Below, piece by piece: positions 34,704-46,577 of a DNA stretch of 64,000 bases; position 1 is the stretch's first letter, and the number at the start of each line of letters is the position of its first letter. The translations under genes and the position numbers were made by a program. The notes under the pieces are model-generated. The model ran no database searches. It saw only the letters and a program-made list of their open reading frames with translations, and was not told the origin of the DNA. The DNA is from Calcarisporiella thermophila CBS 279.70 (lineage: Eukaryota > Fungi > Calcarisporiellomycota). Where the stretch lies: assembly GCF_041956535.1 (NCBI RefSeq), contig NW_027192199.1, positions 434,001 to 498,000 on the forward strand, in the 5' to 3' direction.

Positions 34704-35361
34704 TGACCCGAATGGGCAATATCTAATTATAATAATTTAAGTGGATTAGTTAACTAGTGTGTTTATTTAGAATCGTTAGTTTCTTAAGTTGTTGTATTTT
34801 TTATTACAGTGTTATATCTTTGAATAAAAATTATATATTATTTATATTTGAAATCATGCTCAGTAATGTTGGTACTCAAAAATATCTTTTTACTCTAAAC
34901 AACTAGTTTTTACAGAATAGGAGTTAACAGTTCAAATAATAGAGGAGATTTTCTATTTCAAAATAACCAACAGTATTGTTCCAACTACACCAACTAAAAA
35001 TGGACATAAATTTCTAGTCATTGCAACAACTTTATTTCACTAGACTCTCTTTGCACTGCTATTATCGCTTTTATCGGTAATATATTTCACGTAGCCGAAT
35101 TCTCGGTACGCTTGATAACAGGCTTTTTCAAAGTCTGAGAGTAAAGACACTAAGCCAGAGTTGGATGGTGTTTGGGCAGTCGAAGTTACCAATCGCACTG
35201 CCACATTTATTTCTCCTTTAGGACGCAAATATATATCGCCACTTGAAAATTTATCCAAGGGCAACCATTACTTCAACCAGCTACAACTGCTCCTGACCTC
35301 TCAATGTATTAATCTTCTCATAACAATATCGATGCCTATTTTTAGAATGTTCTAAGATAAA

Positions 35362-35808
35362 AAAATTATGGCTCAGGGGGGGTTTTTTTTGATCAAAAGT
35401 GAGTCTTTATTGTTTAATAAAACTCTAAAATACAATCGTTACATTATTAAAAGTAATAAAATGAGAGAAAAGCTAGATATTAACGCGGTATTGCAATTCG
35501 GGATAAGTTGATCATGACAAATTTTCTCCTCAAATGGGTAGATGAGAAATAAAACTCAACTAACTGTGGGTATAAGAGAACGACTTGATAGGTGATATGG
35601 AGAGAGAGATATGAAGAAAGAGAAGGTCTAGTAGTAGGGGCTACTGCTTTCACCGCGCCCATTTTACACCACCTGCTTCGGAACTGTTCAATTTGTCGCT
35701 TTTTTCGGGCTCTTGTTAGTTCGGCTCCTATAGCCTCCTCAATATCCAGCTTGGCCCGATTGATGATGGTTTCGGATGAGGCTCGAGTGTAAAATTATGG
35801 CTCAGGGG
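35362..35808 (-). mobile_element. 5'-truncated non-LTR retrotransposon (LINE) remnant of ~411 bp with 18-bp target-site duplication
   Basis: AAAATTATGGCTCAGGGG direct repeat at 35362-35379 and 35791-35808; minus strand has AATAAA (35406-35411) then A8 (35383-35390); open frame ...RAKLDIEEAIGAELTRARKKRQIEQFRSRWCKMGAV resembles an L1/Tx1 ORF2 C-terminus. Confidence 0.75.
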
Positions 35809-35879
35809 AAACTGTGACTGCTTGTTAAAATGACTGATTGAAAATCTAAAATCAAGAGTCCAATCACAGATGGAAATTG

Positions 35880-35961
35880 GACAGCTTGACCGAGTGGTTA
35901 AGGTGTATGACTCGAAATCATATGGGCTCTGCCCGCGCAGGTTCGAATCCTGCAGCTGTCG
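35880..35961 (+). tRNA. tRNA-Ser (anticodon CGA), intronless, long variable arm
   Basis: Acceptor stem GACAGCT/AGCTGTC, anticodon arm TATGA-CTCGAAA-TCATA, variable arm GGGCTCTGCCC, T-arm GCAGG-TTCGAAT-CCTGC, discriminator G. Confidence 0.95.
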
Positions 35962-35966
35962 TTTTT
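35962..35966 (+). terminator. RNA polymerase III terminator (T5)
   Basis: TTTTT immediately after the tRNA 3' end. Confidence 0.75.
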
Positions 35967-36181
35967 GTCATATTTTAATTTAGGTAATAACTTAAATTTC
36001 TCACAGGGATAAATTATTTTTGTTTATAAATTACTGTTATCAATTATTAGTTCTTTTTTCCGCTTTCCAATGATATCTAAACCATTTACTCGCTGGCTTT
36101 TTTTAAATAATTTCTAGACTATGTTGTATGTTGAGAATATTTTTCTCTCTATAACGGATATCTTTCTCTTAAATTGCTTTA

Positions 36182-37483
36182 TTATTTACTCTTGAGACTA
36201 AAGTCTATGTCCTTTCTATTATTGCGTAAAATCGTTGTTATTAATGGTCGTTCAAGCAAACAATATCCAGAGGTTCAAGCACTTACCGACTCTATTATAC
36301 CAAGGGCTGACCGAGCAGCAAATGACATCAAATTTGAAATCTAAACAGGGCAAATCATTAGTAAATTCGCTAATAAAACTAGCATTTTATTATATCTATT
36401 ACCTCATTGACCGATTTTCCAAGGATTGCCACATCTTCAAGTCGGCGGTCGAGGAAACGGAATGTCTCTTGGAAATCTGGAGAGCTATCTTGAGTCATGA
36501 ATAGCTCTTTATAAAAAGGTGAGATAAGGCGGTGTGGATTTTAAGGTATATTGCTTTACCTGTAGAGCTGTACACAGCCGCTAGGGTTGCTCTCTTACTA
36601 TACCAATTCATCTGTTAAGAAGAGTTAGTGTTTGAATCTGAAAATTACAAATTTAGAGGTTTTACATCAGAGCTTTTATCTCCAGCTAGATACCACATGT
36701 CATCCACAAGCTTTTGCAAGTGGGTCAAAGAAGTGGCTGCTTGTGTTGGCTGTGCCATAATAGCCAGAGCCTAAACAAACGGAAGAGATTAATATATGTA
36801 TTAAGGGAAATAGATGGTTGCTGAGTATACCTCTGGCCATTTTGTAATGTAAGGTCGCATCATATTGAGTCGCACCTGGCACATAAGTCGAATTTTTTCA
36901 TGTGTGCGAAGCCTTAAAAAGAGATAGAGGATAATTAAAGCTGGGTTCGTCGAGATTTAGCTGTTTTACTAATGTTTTCTTACCCTTCAAGTTTTCCCTT
37001 TGCGTCCACATTCAAACGAATCCTACAGTCTTCAAGAAAATAGTTGACAAGATCGGCAGGACCTCCGGGGAACATACCGCGTGCTACCGATGGCAAACCC
37101 ATACGCTCAACTGAGGTTGCCAGAGCATTTTCCCAGCCAAATTCTGGCACCAGTGAAAGAGCTGCTCTCAAAATTTCTGAAGGTTTATCATTGGGTGGGT
37201 TGATGTTCAGTTCAGAAAAACTAAAAATGTAACAAAAGTTATACTGCATTCAATTTAGTCGACAATAGCTTTACACTTAATACTTTATCTCTTCTGTCTT
37301 TTGAGCTTTTCTCTCGCTTTCCGAATTTATGGCACCACTCTCGGTGGTAGTCTGCAATTGTCTCTGCAAAAATAGTTTTTTCGATACCATAGGAAGAGGA
37401 ACAATTGATCGCTTACACGCAGCAGATGAGAGCAGGAAACATCTGCTAAGTGGTCGAGAGTGAAGTGCACGGGATACTACCAT
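36182..37483 (-). CDS. COQ9: Ubiquinone biosynthesis protein COQ9
   Basis: Mitochondrial presequence; [63 protein letters not shown]. Confidence 0.92.
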
Positions 37484-37635
37484 TTCTTACAGAGTTAATG
37501 AGAGAAAAAGTAATATTCGAAATGGTTTAATAATCTTGTATCTAAAAATCAGTCGACATCTGTAAATTTTCATTAACTGTGGCTTGCGAAGATTTTTTAC
37601 TCTCTAATCTTTTTTGCAAAGAGAGATCTAGCCAG

Positions 37636-39444
37636 ATGGCAATGGAGCCTATATCCGTGACTCCTCAACTCGACCACCTTAAGAAGCTGGCCAAAAGTTG
37701 TGAACAACTGAGAAATGTCGCAGAATCACTTATTAATATCAAAAGACATGCATGTGAATTGGATGATGATTCAGAGGTAAGATCTAAATTGAATTTATGG
37801 CTGGGGATTGAGGTGACATTGTTGGTTTTATTTTTTGTAACAGACTGAAGCGAGTCTCTTGGAGAAAATCAAGCCGCTTGTTCAACAGACCCACATGATT
37901 CAAATGACTCTCAAGCGTTTGAATCGCAAAACATTTGTTCACACGCGTAGTTCTAAACTAAGTAGCGCGGAAAAGAAAGAGCGTCTTGAAGACTTGTTTC
38001 TACGGCTACATAACTTACGATGTGAAAAGGCACATTACCGAACCGAGATATCGAGATATCAACAAGCAGAGTATGTGTTTATTCTAATATAATTGGCGCA
38101 GTTCTCTAAGCTGAAAGCTGCCCCTTAGATATCTTTATCATGAGGTCGCATTATTACCCGAGGAAGAATTTGCCGCAGTTGCTCCTCAAGAAATGCTTAA
38201 AGAAGAAGAATCGCACCAGAGATTTCTTAATCGTTTAAAATTTGAAATGGGAGAGAGAGAAAGGTATGTCCACACACTTTGACTAGTTGATATTTTTCAC
38301 TCATATATCAATATTTAGGCTAATAGAAGAAGTAAATCGTCTCAAAGAAGCTAAAGAGACTTTGATGAAGGAAAATAAGCAGAAAAGAGCAGAGCTGAAA
38401 AACTTGGATGATCAATTAGACGATTATTTAGCTGTAAGTACGATACAAATCCATACAACAATTATACATTCTCGATGTTTAATTTTTTTTCTAGAGATCA
38501 AAACCGCTACAGGATGCTTTGAAGATCCCGATTTCTGCGACTCGAAAACAGCGGGACAATTCAATGCTACTACCTCGCCCACTATATGTTTTATACCGTC
38601 AAGCAGTTGGTTTCTCGGATGCATTTGGTAAATTAGATAAGGATATACGCTATTCACTACCCTTTAGCTAGACCATATCTCCTTTAGAAAACTCTGTTCG
38701 TGTTGAAATCACTGGCGATATCTCGGCTGCAGCATCTTATGCTGAGAATCAGAAGCGTCCCATCTCTACACCAGCTCCACAGGCACTTAACTCCTCATTT
38801 ATGAGTAATCCATCTTCAGTGGTTGTGCTTGATGAAGGAGAGGGAGAAGAGACTGAGGCAGGGAAGAGACATCATGGAAAGCATTCCTCACAGACAGATA
38901 AACAAGATATATATCGACGTCACCCTCTTGAAGTCGTGATTTCAATACGAGATGGAGGTAAAGCCCTATTTTGCAAATTTGTGAATATAACAAGAATCCT
39001 AATATTATTTATTCAGACTCAAGTGAGAACAAATTCATCGCAACGCTTAAGTTTTCGTATCTTATCCAGTTGAACATTGTCGTTACTGCATTATTGGCAA
39101 TGGAGGGATGGAATCCGGCGGATGAGCCGTTATGTGATCTCTTTCCAGGAGATACTGGAAAAGATTCACCAAATCCCGCAAATGCGTATTTGTTTAAAGT
39201 TGGGTGAGTTTATATTTGCCAATAATATCTGTCATTGAACCTCTCTCACAAATTTGCTTGCAGAGATCATTTCTTTAATCCAAAGGAGGCGGGTGGCTAT
39301 GCTTTCAACTGGGCACAGCGGCTCTGTGGGAATGATTTTGCTCCGCAACAACAGCAGGTAGTTCACGAAGCAGTGATGGAGCGGCCATATTTTGCAAAAG
39401 TAGTGGAGATGATCAGAGCATATGTGAAGGAACAAAAGAAATAG
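37636..39444 (+). CDS. THOC5: THO complex subunit 5 (FMIP/THOC5)
   Basis: LKRLNR, LHNLRCEKAHYRTEI, LPEEEF, RLKFE, LPRPLYVLY, RHPLEV, LFPGDTGKDSPNPAN, YAFNWAQRLCG. Confidence 0.85.
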
Positions 39445-39600
39445 AGTGAACAAAGAAGAGGGAACGAAAAAGAATAATTTTAAGAATTAAACTCCTTGAT
39501 TTGTTAATAAAATACAGTAGAACTGTTTTTGTATATTTAATCCAGTTGAAGCAAGGAAAACTTAAATTTAAAAAAAAACCCATTTAAATATATAGCAGCA

Positions 39601-41947
39601 CTAAAGAACCTCGTGCTTGTTGAACTGCTCAGCAAGATGTGATTTTTTGGGATGAGAGACGGATATACTCGAACGAAAGTCGTGCAAGATAATTATTTGC
39701 TCCATCTAAAACAATACCCTATTAGTTAGAATTGCTTTGAATCCAATATTTTAAAACTATTCATATACTTTTTTCTCTATTCGATCTACAAGATCTTCGA
39801 GCTCTTCGACGAGCAAAGAACTTTTCAACTTGCTTCGACTTTTCAAAGTTTGATTCGTTTTGTATTCCTGAGTATAGTTATGTAACCTTTTGAGAAAAGT
39901 GAGCAAGAGATTTTTAAGCAACGGATAATTATGAATATACATTTTAAGCCGATATAATTCTTCTTCTAGTTGCCTAATAACGCGTCCGATGCCCAGATCC
40001 TCGGACTTAGTTGAGTAGTTAGTATTTCGAGGATCGACTATAATAGATAGAGATTAAAAAAGAAGATTAATATGAAAATGTATAAAAAAATATTTATGCT
40101 AGATTATACCCGAATTTCTATTTTTCCAGCCACAATTCGGGCATCTAGCTTGTTGAATAGTCTGCCTTCTAATTTTTCGTTCAAATGCAGGAATATTGAA
40201 TCGTTCCTAAACGATAAAGTTAAAAATATGAATTGTGAAAAGAAAAATATTAATCAATCTGATAAACACTTCATCAAGGGTGGGTTGTGTGAGTAACTTT
40301 TCATGAAATCGCTCCTTCTGTAATTCATCTTCAATCTCTGCTCTTCTTCGAGCACTTCGTTCTTTTGCCAGCGTATAACGAAGCTTCTAATTACAATATG
40401 TTCAGAAATTAATAAATAGGCTTGAAGTATACCATGTAAGGATATGTAACTAACTCTCAGCGTGTGCTCCTTCTTTATTTCCCTCTGAAGCTTCTTGACC
40501 TAGAGTAAGAATACAATCATATTAGCGATGCCATTGTATAAACCAAAGCAATCACTATTAATTCACCTCTATCATATTCTTCCATGATTCATTCCCAGTA
40601 TCATATTGATTTGTCTCTTTCCTCAGTTTCCCCATCCTACCTTCAGTCATCGCCATTTCATTATCGATTACCTGCGAATTGAGTTGCGAGTTATTTATGC
40701 CGACTGCAGGTGATTGGTTCTGATATTCAATATAGTTTTTTCCAAAGGTTGCATGTCTAATGCCACTAGATGGTTCAGTACTCGGGTAAGGCTGATCTGG
40801 AATTCGAGAAAAGTATTTTCTCTCACTGGGTAGCCGACGATCAAGTTTTGAAAAGCCAATGGAATGGGAATCATGCAATGGCTCTTGATGTATACCCAAC
40901 ATAGAGCTCGCATTTAATCGTGCGTTCAACTCAACTTTGTTCAATTGTCTACTTGGAATAGTTGTTTTGTCTTTAGCTTCTTCTGTGTGGATGTGCGCAT
41001 GATACCAGCGTAACTCCTGTTCAATCTCATTAATACGTTGTTGTGAAAGATGGAGTGACTCTTTCTCATACTCTAGCTCCTGCTTTTTGCGAAGAAGTTG
41101 CTGAACGAGAGCTTTGAAACTAGAGTGAATAATAGGTAACTCTAACATTTGTAAATCTGTACTTACACCCGGAGCCACCTATAATAGGTAGGTGTTCCCT
41201 GTCTGCAACAACACTCTTTTCGCTTTTCAGTGGAAGATGGTCTTGCTTTCTACTACTAGCCTCCTTATCTTCGGTATTTTGATAGGCGTCATTATTTTGA
41301 ATATATTGTAGGCGTCGCGACATAGCCTCATAAAAGCTTTCACCTTTATATTTGCTATCTCCCTCATTTGAGTGAGCTACAATATCGTTACTGCAAATGC
41401 GATCAGAACTATTGTTTTGTTCCAAATCTCCGCGCCTTGCGATTGCGATTGGGAGATGCAGCTGGGATTATAGAATAGAATTGAAAAGAAAAAAAATCAT
41501 TTAATTATATATCTTAAAATTCTCCAATTAACTAGCACTCACATAATTAGGTGTATTTTCAACAGATTGCCCTTGCTCCTCGAAGAACTCTCTAATGCTA
41601 TTTCTTTTTTCCAATTCTTTAGTTTTCCGTTCTTGCGCTTTGGAATTCGTCCTCTCCATAATTTGCCGCATAAATCTAACTGTCCCATTTCTCCGTCCTA
41701 TATTTTGCATATTCCGATCTCGGCCAAGCGTTTCAGAAAGATATACTCCACTTGGTTCTGATGCACTTCGATCTGTCACTAATTGATTTTCTACGCGATC
41801 GGGATGTGAAGTAGACGTGAAAGTTTCAGATGGAGCTCGTACTAATTCCATGGTTTTATTATTATGAGAGGGATTTGCGCTAGTTATACTGATCTGTTGA
41901 TAACGTTGAGGAAGAGATGTAACGTCAGATTGAAAAGTATTATTCAT
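39601..41947 (-). CDS. Hypothetical multi-exon coiled-coil protein
   Basis: Successive minus-strand ORFs joined by GT-AG introns; heptad-rich segments (LLRKKQELEYEKESLHLSQQRINEIEQEL); no recognisable family. Confidence 0.55.
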
Positions 41948-42557
41948 TTTAAACGTTTTAAAAATGAGAGTCGAAAGTTACGCGACTATGCAGTTGATGA
42001 TTAGCTGGGATTAATTTAATTTCATTGGAAATACTTTGGCATTTAATTCATACTCTGAAATCCAACTTATACTAACTACCCAAAAATCCTAATCCCGTCT
42101 TTCATAAAGCAAACCCAACTTTTAAAAATTATAGTATTATAAAAAAGCTTATCTTCCTATTTGACCTTCATTTAGTAACATTATGAGAGGATAAGTGTTC
42201 GGATATAATATGCGATAAACATCTCTAAAAAGTAACTTGTAGAAATGATGTATGATTATAGAAATTAAATAGAATAGCGGTGGGAGTAACACCGTTACCA
42301 GTAGATTGCTAATAAGCCTGAGAGCAGCTACTTTAGTTATAAAATAAAAGAGGAAGCTGAGTATCAGGATGATACCTTGGTATCAAGTTAATGTTAATTT
42401 TTATGATTTTTGTATTCAACTCGTTGAGAAAATGATATTGCAATTCTATACAAGTTAAATATAATATTTGTGAGATAAGTTAATGTACAGGCAAAACAGT
42501 GAAAATGTAACCACTGAGAATAACTACAAAAATAAACTCGCATTAATATTTAGATAT

Positions 42558-43501
42558 TTAATAATATCCATTGTATCCATATACACGTTGAAGACCTAAA
42601 GCGTGATCCATCCGTCGCATCCTCTCCCTCCTTTCGCGCTGTATACGTAGTGCAGTATCAAGTGCAGCAATACGCTCTTGTCTAGTTTTGGGAGTGCTAT
42701 TAGCAGTTGCAGGTTTCAAAGGAGCCATCGCCTCGGTCCGTTCATCTGCATCCAAATAACGTATATTCGCGCGACATCGTTTCTCTAGGCGTGGCGACGA
42801 AGCATCGCTTCCATTTTCGGCCCCGTCGATAAATCGTGAAGTATCGGGGCGAGATTCTAAATATCTGAGGAGAAGGCTTTTAAGAAAATGGTAATCAGCA
42901 AGTGAATGTAAAAACTATACCTTTGGAATCCGCGTGTTTCCAATTTCTTTATAATTGACGTAAGTGATCTCCAGGGGAGTAGCCATTCCGCCAGTCGTTT
43001 TACAGCGATTTCATAAGAGTCAGTGTTCTCATTCGGCTTCACTCTTTCCCCTAATAACAACAATGAAGGACCCTTTTATTAAATATACATATAAGATATT
43101 TCGTACTTAAATGATAGAATTTGGCAAGAGCTCTCAACTCTTCCTCATCCCACGGCTCATTTTCCGGCTTAGTATTGTGATTGTATTTTCTGACAGAAAG
43201 AAGCATTAATGGCTCTCTGATGCTAGACTACAAAAAATGAAACCAATTAGTGAAAAAAGAATGAATCATTTTAGAAGAATGAAATAATTTACACCATCGC
43301 TATCTAATTTGCGGGATCCACTCTGAACAATGTGCCATTGTCCCGGACCTGCAGCTTCTATAAGAAATAATGTAGAACACTGAATGTTGATACTAATAGT
43401 GATCCCTACTCACCCAGACTGCTAGATACCGGCATTAAATCTTGCGATTTAAAGTCCAGCAAAATTCCGAGGCCATCGCCATCATCTTCAGCTGTCGCCA
43501 T
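42558..43501 (-). CDS. Hypothetical multi-exon protein
   Basis: ATG MATAEDDGDG; GT-AG-bounded exons; C-terminus RQERIAALDTALRIQRERRERMRR...GYY*. Confidence 0.55.
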
Positions 43502-43537
43502 TTTTTTATAATAAAATTAAATGTGAATAATAACCTT

Positions 43538-43564
43538 ACGCGAAAAAATTTACCTGTGACGCGT
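43538..43564. promoter_or_regulatory. Putative G1/S elements: ACGCGAAAA (SCB/E2F-like) and ACGCGT (MCB)
   Basis: Two CGCG-core motifs in a 140-bp AT-rich divergent promoter upstream of centrin. Confidence 0.5.
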
Positions 43565-43641
43565 AAAAAGCTCCGTGACTTTTCTGTCATTTTTATATTT
43601 CTTTCTATTCAATTGAATCAAGAAATTCATTTAGCCAAAAT

Positions 43642-44338
43642 ATGAACTTATATACTACCCCACGATCAAAGGCACGTAGACCTCCGCCGAAAATTGAACT
43701 TACTGAGGATCAAAAAACGATGATTCGCGAGGCGTTTGAGTTGTTTGATGGGGATAAAGATGGCGCTCTCGATTATCATGAATTGAAGGTAATAAGTTTT
43801 ATCGGTGTAAATCAGGAAAATAACATTAAAACCTGAATACTCTATAGGTGGCAATGCGTGCACTCGGTTTTGACGTGAAGAAGTCAGAAGTGTTAAAACT
43901 ACTACGGGAACACGATAAAACAGGAATGAGTTTAATGGAATGGGACGATTTCAACAGAATAAGTTGGTTTATTTCTTTTGTCTTTGGATATGCTCACATC
44001 GTGCTTATAATTCTCAACTATATTAGTGACTGAGTGGATATTGGCGAGAGATCCACTCGATGAAATTCGACAAGCATTCCGACTCTTTGATGACGATAAT
44101 ACAGGAAAGATATCCATCCGAAATTTACGCCGCGTTGCCAAGGAACTCGGCGAGAATATTGACGACGAAGAATTGCAAGCAATGATTGATGAATTTGATT
44201 TAGACGAGGACGGCGAAAGTAAGTGGATGTCCTGGTCATGTATCGGCCATTCATTCCCTATTTACATATCATTTCTTCACCTTCCAAATAGTTAACGAAC
44301 AAGAGTTCATTGCAATAATGACAGACGACCGGACCTAG
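43642..44338 (+). CDS. CDC31: Centrin (EF-hand spindle-pole-body protein)
   Basis: [70 protein letters not shown]. Confidence 0.95.
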
Positions 44339-44785
44339 CTACACTTGCTAGCATTTTTTATCAATTTGTTTTGTATATCCATACTCTAGTTTCCTGCAAA
44401 ATAAGTAAAATGCTCTTAAATTAATTGGTAATCTAAAAATTAGCCACCTATGTGTCAATTATATTAAAGTTCTTTTCCATTCATCATTTTGCCACCTTAT
44501 TTAACCACCTCACCATTTTTTTCATTTGACAAAAATTTTCAAATTCTATAAACAATTCAGCATTGATAACTTTTGAGCATTCCTGGAAGAAAAGCTTCGT
44601 GAGATCTTTCTAAAGATTGTTTTTGATATACATTCTTTTATTGAATCTACTTTTGTTATATAATTAATGATATATTCTACAAAGGGTAAAAGCACCTCAG
44701 AAAAAAGACAGAAGCCGCATGCTGCTAATAATCTACAAGAATCGTTAAAACTTATTAAAGGCATGTCTCTTCTGCATTAAATGAT

Positions 44786-45992
44786 TTGTCACCACACTGG
44801 CACAGCGAAGGTTTATTCCTTCGACTATTATCTTTACTAGAGACATTCAATATTGAACCTTCGCTCGTCTCGTGCAGGTACTTTTTAATTGGTACTTGCA
44901 ATCGGGGTGCAAAATGTCCTTTCTTACATGACAAGAGCATACGTGCTGAAAGTGTAATATGCCAATACTATCAAACTAATGAATGCCGCTACAGAGACCG
45001 TTGTATAGTTTGGCACACTAAATCGCCGGAGAGAACATTATCCATCAAAAATAGCTTCAATAATATAATAACTTAGAGCATGAAACCAGATCACTCTTTT
45101 CCTCTCCTGAACTAGAAGCCAGTTAATGCTCCACTATATCCCAAATGAAGAGAAAATTTCAACCACACTCACCCAAAGCAACTTTTCTCTTGCCTTTTCC
45201 TCTTCGGTGGATGTGGTAAAGGGAATATTTCCTGCATCTCTGACGTAGCTCTTGGATCTGGTAGAAGAGATAGAGATGGGAGATCCTGGTCTAGCCGGAT
45301 CACTTTCTCCACAATCAGAGGTCGACTTCGACTCTTATTCACATATCCTACAGATGTCGCTTAATTCATCCTTTGAAGGTGTAGTAAAGAATAAGGATCC
45401 TTGTAAACCGCAGTTGTCTAGCGACCTCTCTTCATTTGGTCAACAACTTAATAGTTCAATGCGTAATCCTCTCCCCTCTAATACAACTAGCAACATGTCT
45501 AATTCAATACTGCGCTATCACGATCAGCCATCACGATCAGCCATCACAAGAGCATTGCAAAACTAGTTTGGATGCAGCATTACTACTACTGATCCAGCTT
45601 TGATGAACTACAGCGGCTCTTATACGATGCCCTATGAGGTCCACTATTTCCATCCCGCTTCTCTATTTTACTTTGGTGCAATGTTGAATAGTGCCTTTCA
45701 AACTCCTAATTCCCCTATATCATCTGCCAAGTTTAACATGGAGGATACACTAACAAATACACTGGAGCAATATCAAATGTACTCAATTTTAGACTATTTT
45801 TACCAGGATACATATCCACTCATGACCACCACCAACATTGCTTCTTCACAGCATAAAGACCATCAAATATACGATCTAGCCTTAGGTAGAGAATCTACAT
45901 TTGTGCCTACATCAACCACAGAGTTGCTGCTAAACAGTGCAAACTATGCTGCTGTAATTATGCTATCATTTTCAATGCATTTGCTTTATTAG
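44786..45992 (+). pseudogene. Degenerate tandem CCCH zinc-finger gene (Makorin/Lee1-like N-terminus)
   Basis: Two C-x7-C-x5-C-x3-H fingers with no in-frame ATG, followed by fragmented Ser/Asn-rich ORFs with stops and a 13-bp duplication. Confidence 0.5.
45517..45547 (+). repeat. 13-bp tandem duplication ATCACGATCAGCC (x2.4)
   Basis: Seen directly in the sequence. Confidence 0.85.
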
Positions 45993-46577
45993 ATTCCCGC
46001 TAACTGGTTTACTCTACCATCAGCAAAAACGTTTCCCAGCAGATAGCCTATATAAAGTTCAACGAGAACTTTCACTCGAAAACGCATATTACTCATTTTG
46101 ACGACCACAATTGATATAAGCAGATTTTCCTAATCGCCTTTCATTTATTCCCATGCCAATATGTTTAGACTATTCATGATATACAAAGCAATATGATTTA
46201 TAATTTATTGGAATGCTTTGACATTTTGCTTTACAATTGAATTAATTACTTAAATTCAAAGAGATAATTCCCTTGGCAAATTTGTGAATTTGCGGCTTCT
46301 AAACCCGGTCACTAATTTTTTTTTTGCTTCCAAAATGCCATTTCAACCATCGGTTTATTCTATTCTCAGAAGAATCTAATGATATAGAGGAGAGTAAAGC
46401 TTCTCCCGGTAAAATAACAAAGAGGAAATTGATGTAATAAAAGGAGGCAAAATGAAAACGTAAAGCAAATAATCAAAGCGCGTAAACAAAAAAGAAATGC
46501 GAATATGCCTCAAAAAATATTTCTAATCAATACAGTTCGCAGATTTCAAAATAAAAATATGAAAGAACTCCGCATCA

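Noticed and set aside
35040-35355. Short ORFs on both strands left of the LINE remnant
   Set aside because: No recognisable motif and outside the TSD; cannot be supported as a gene or element
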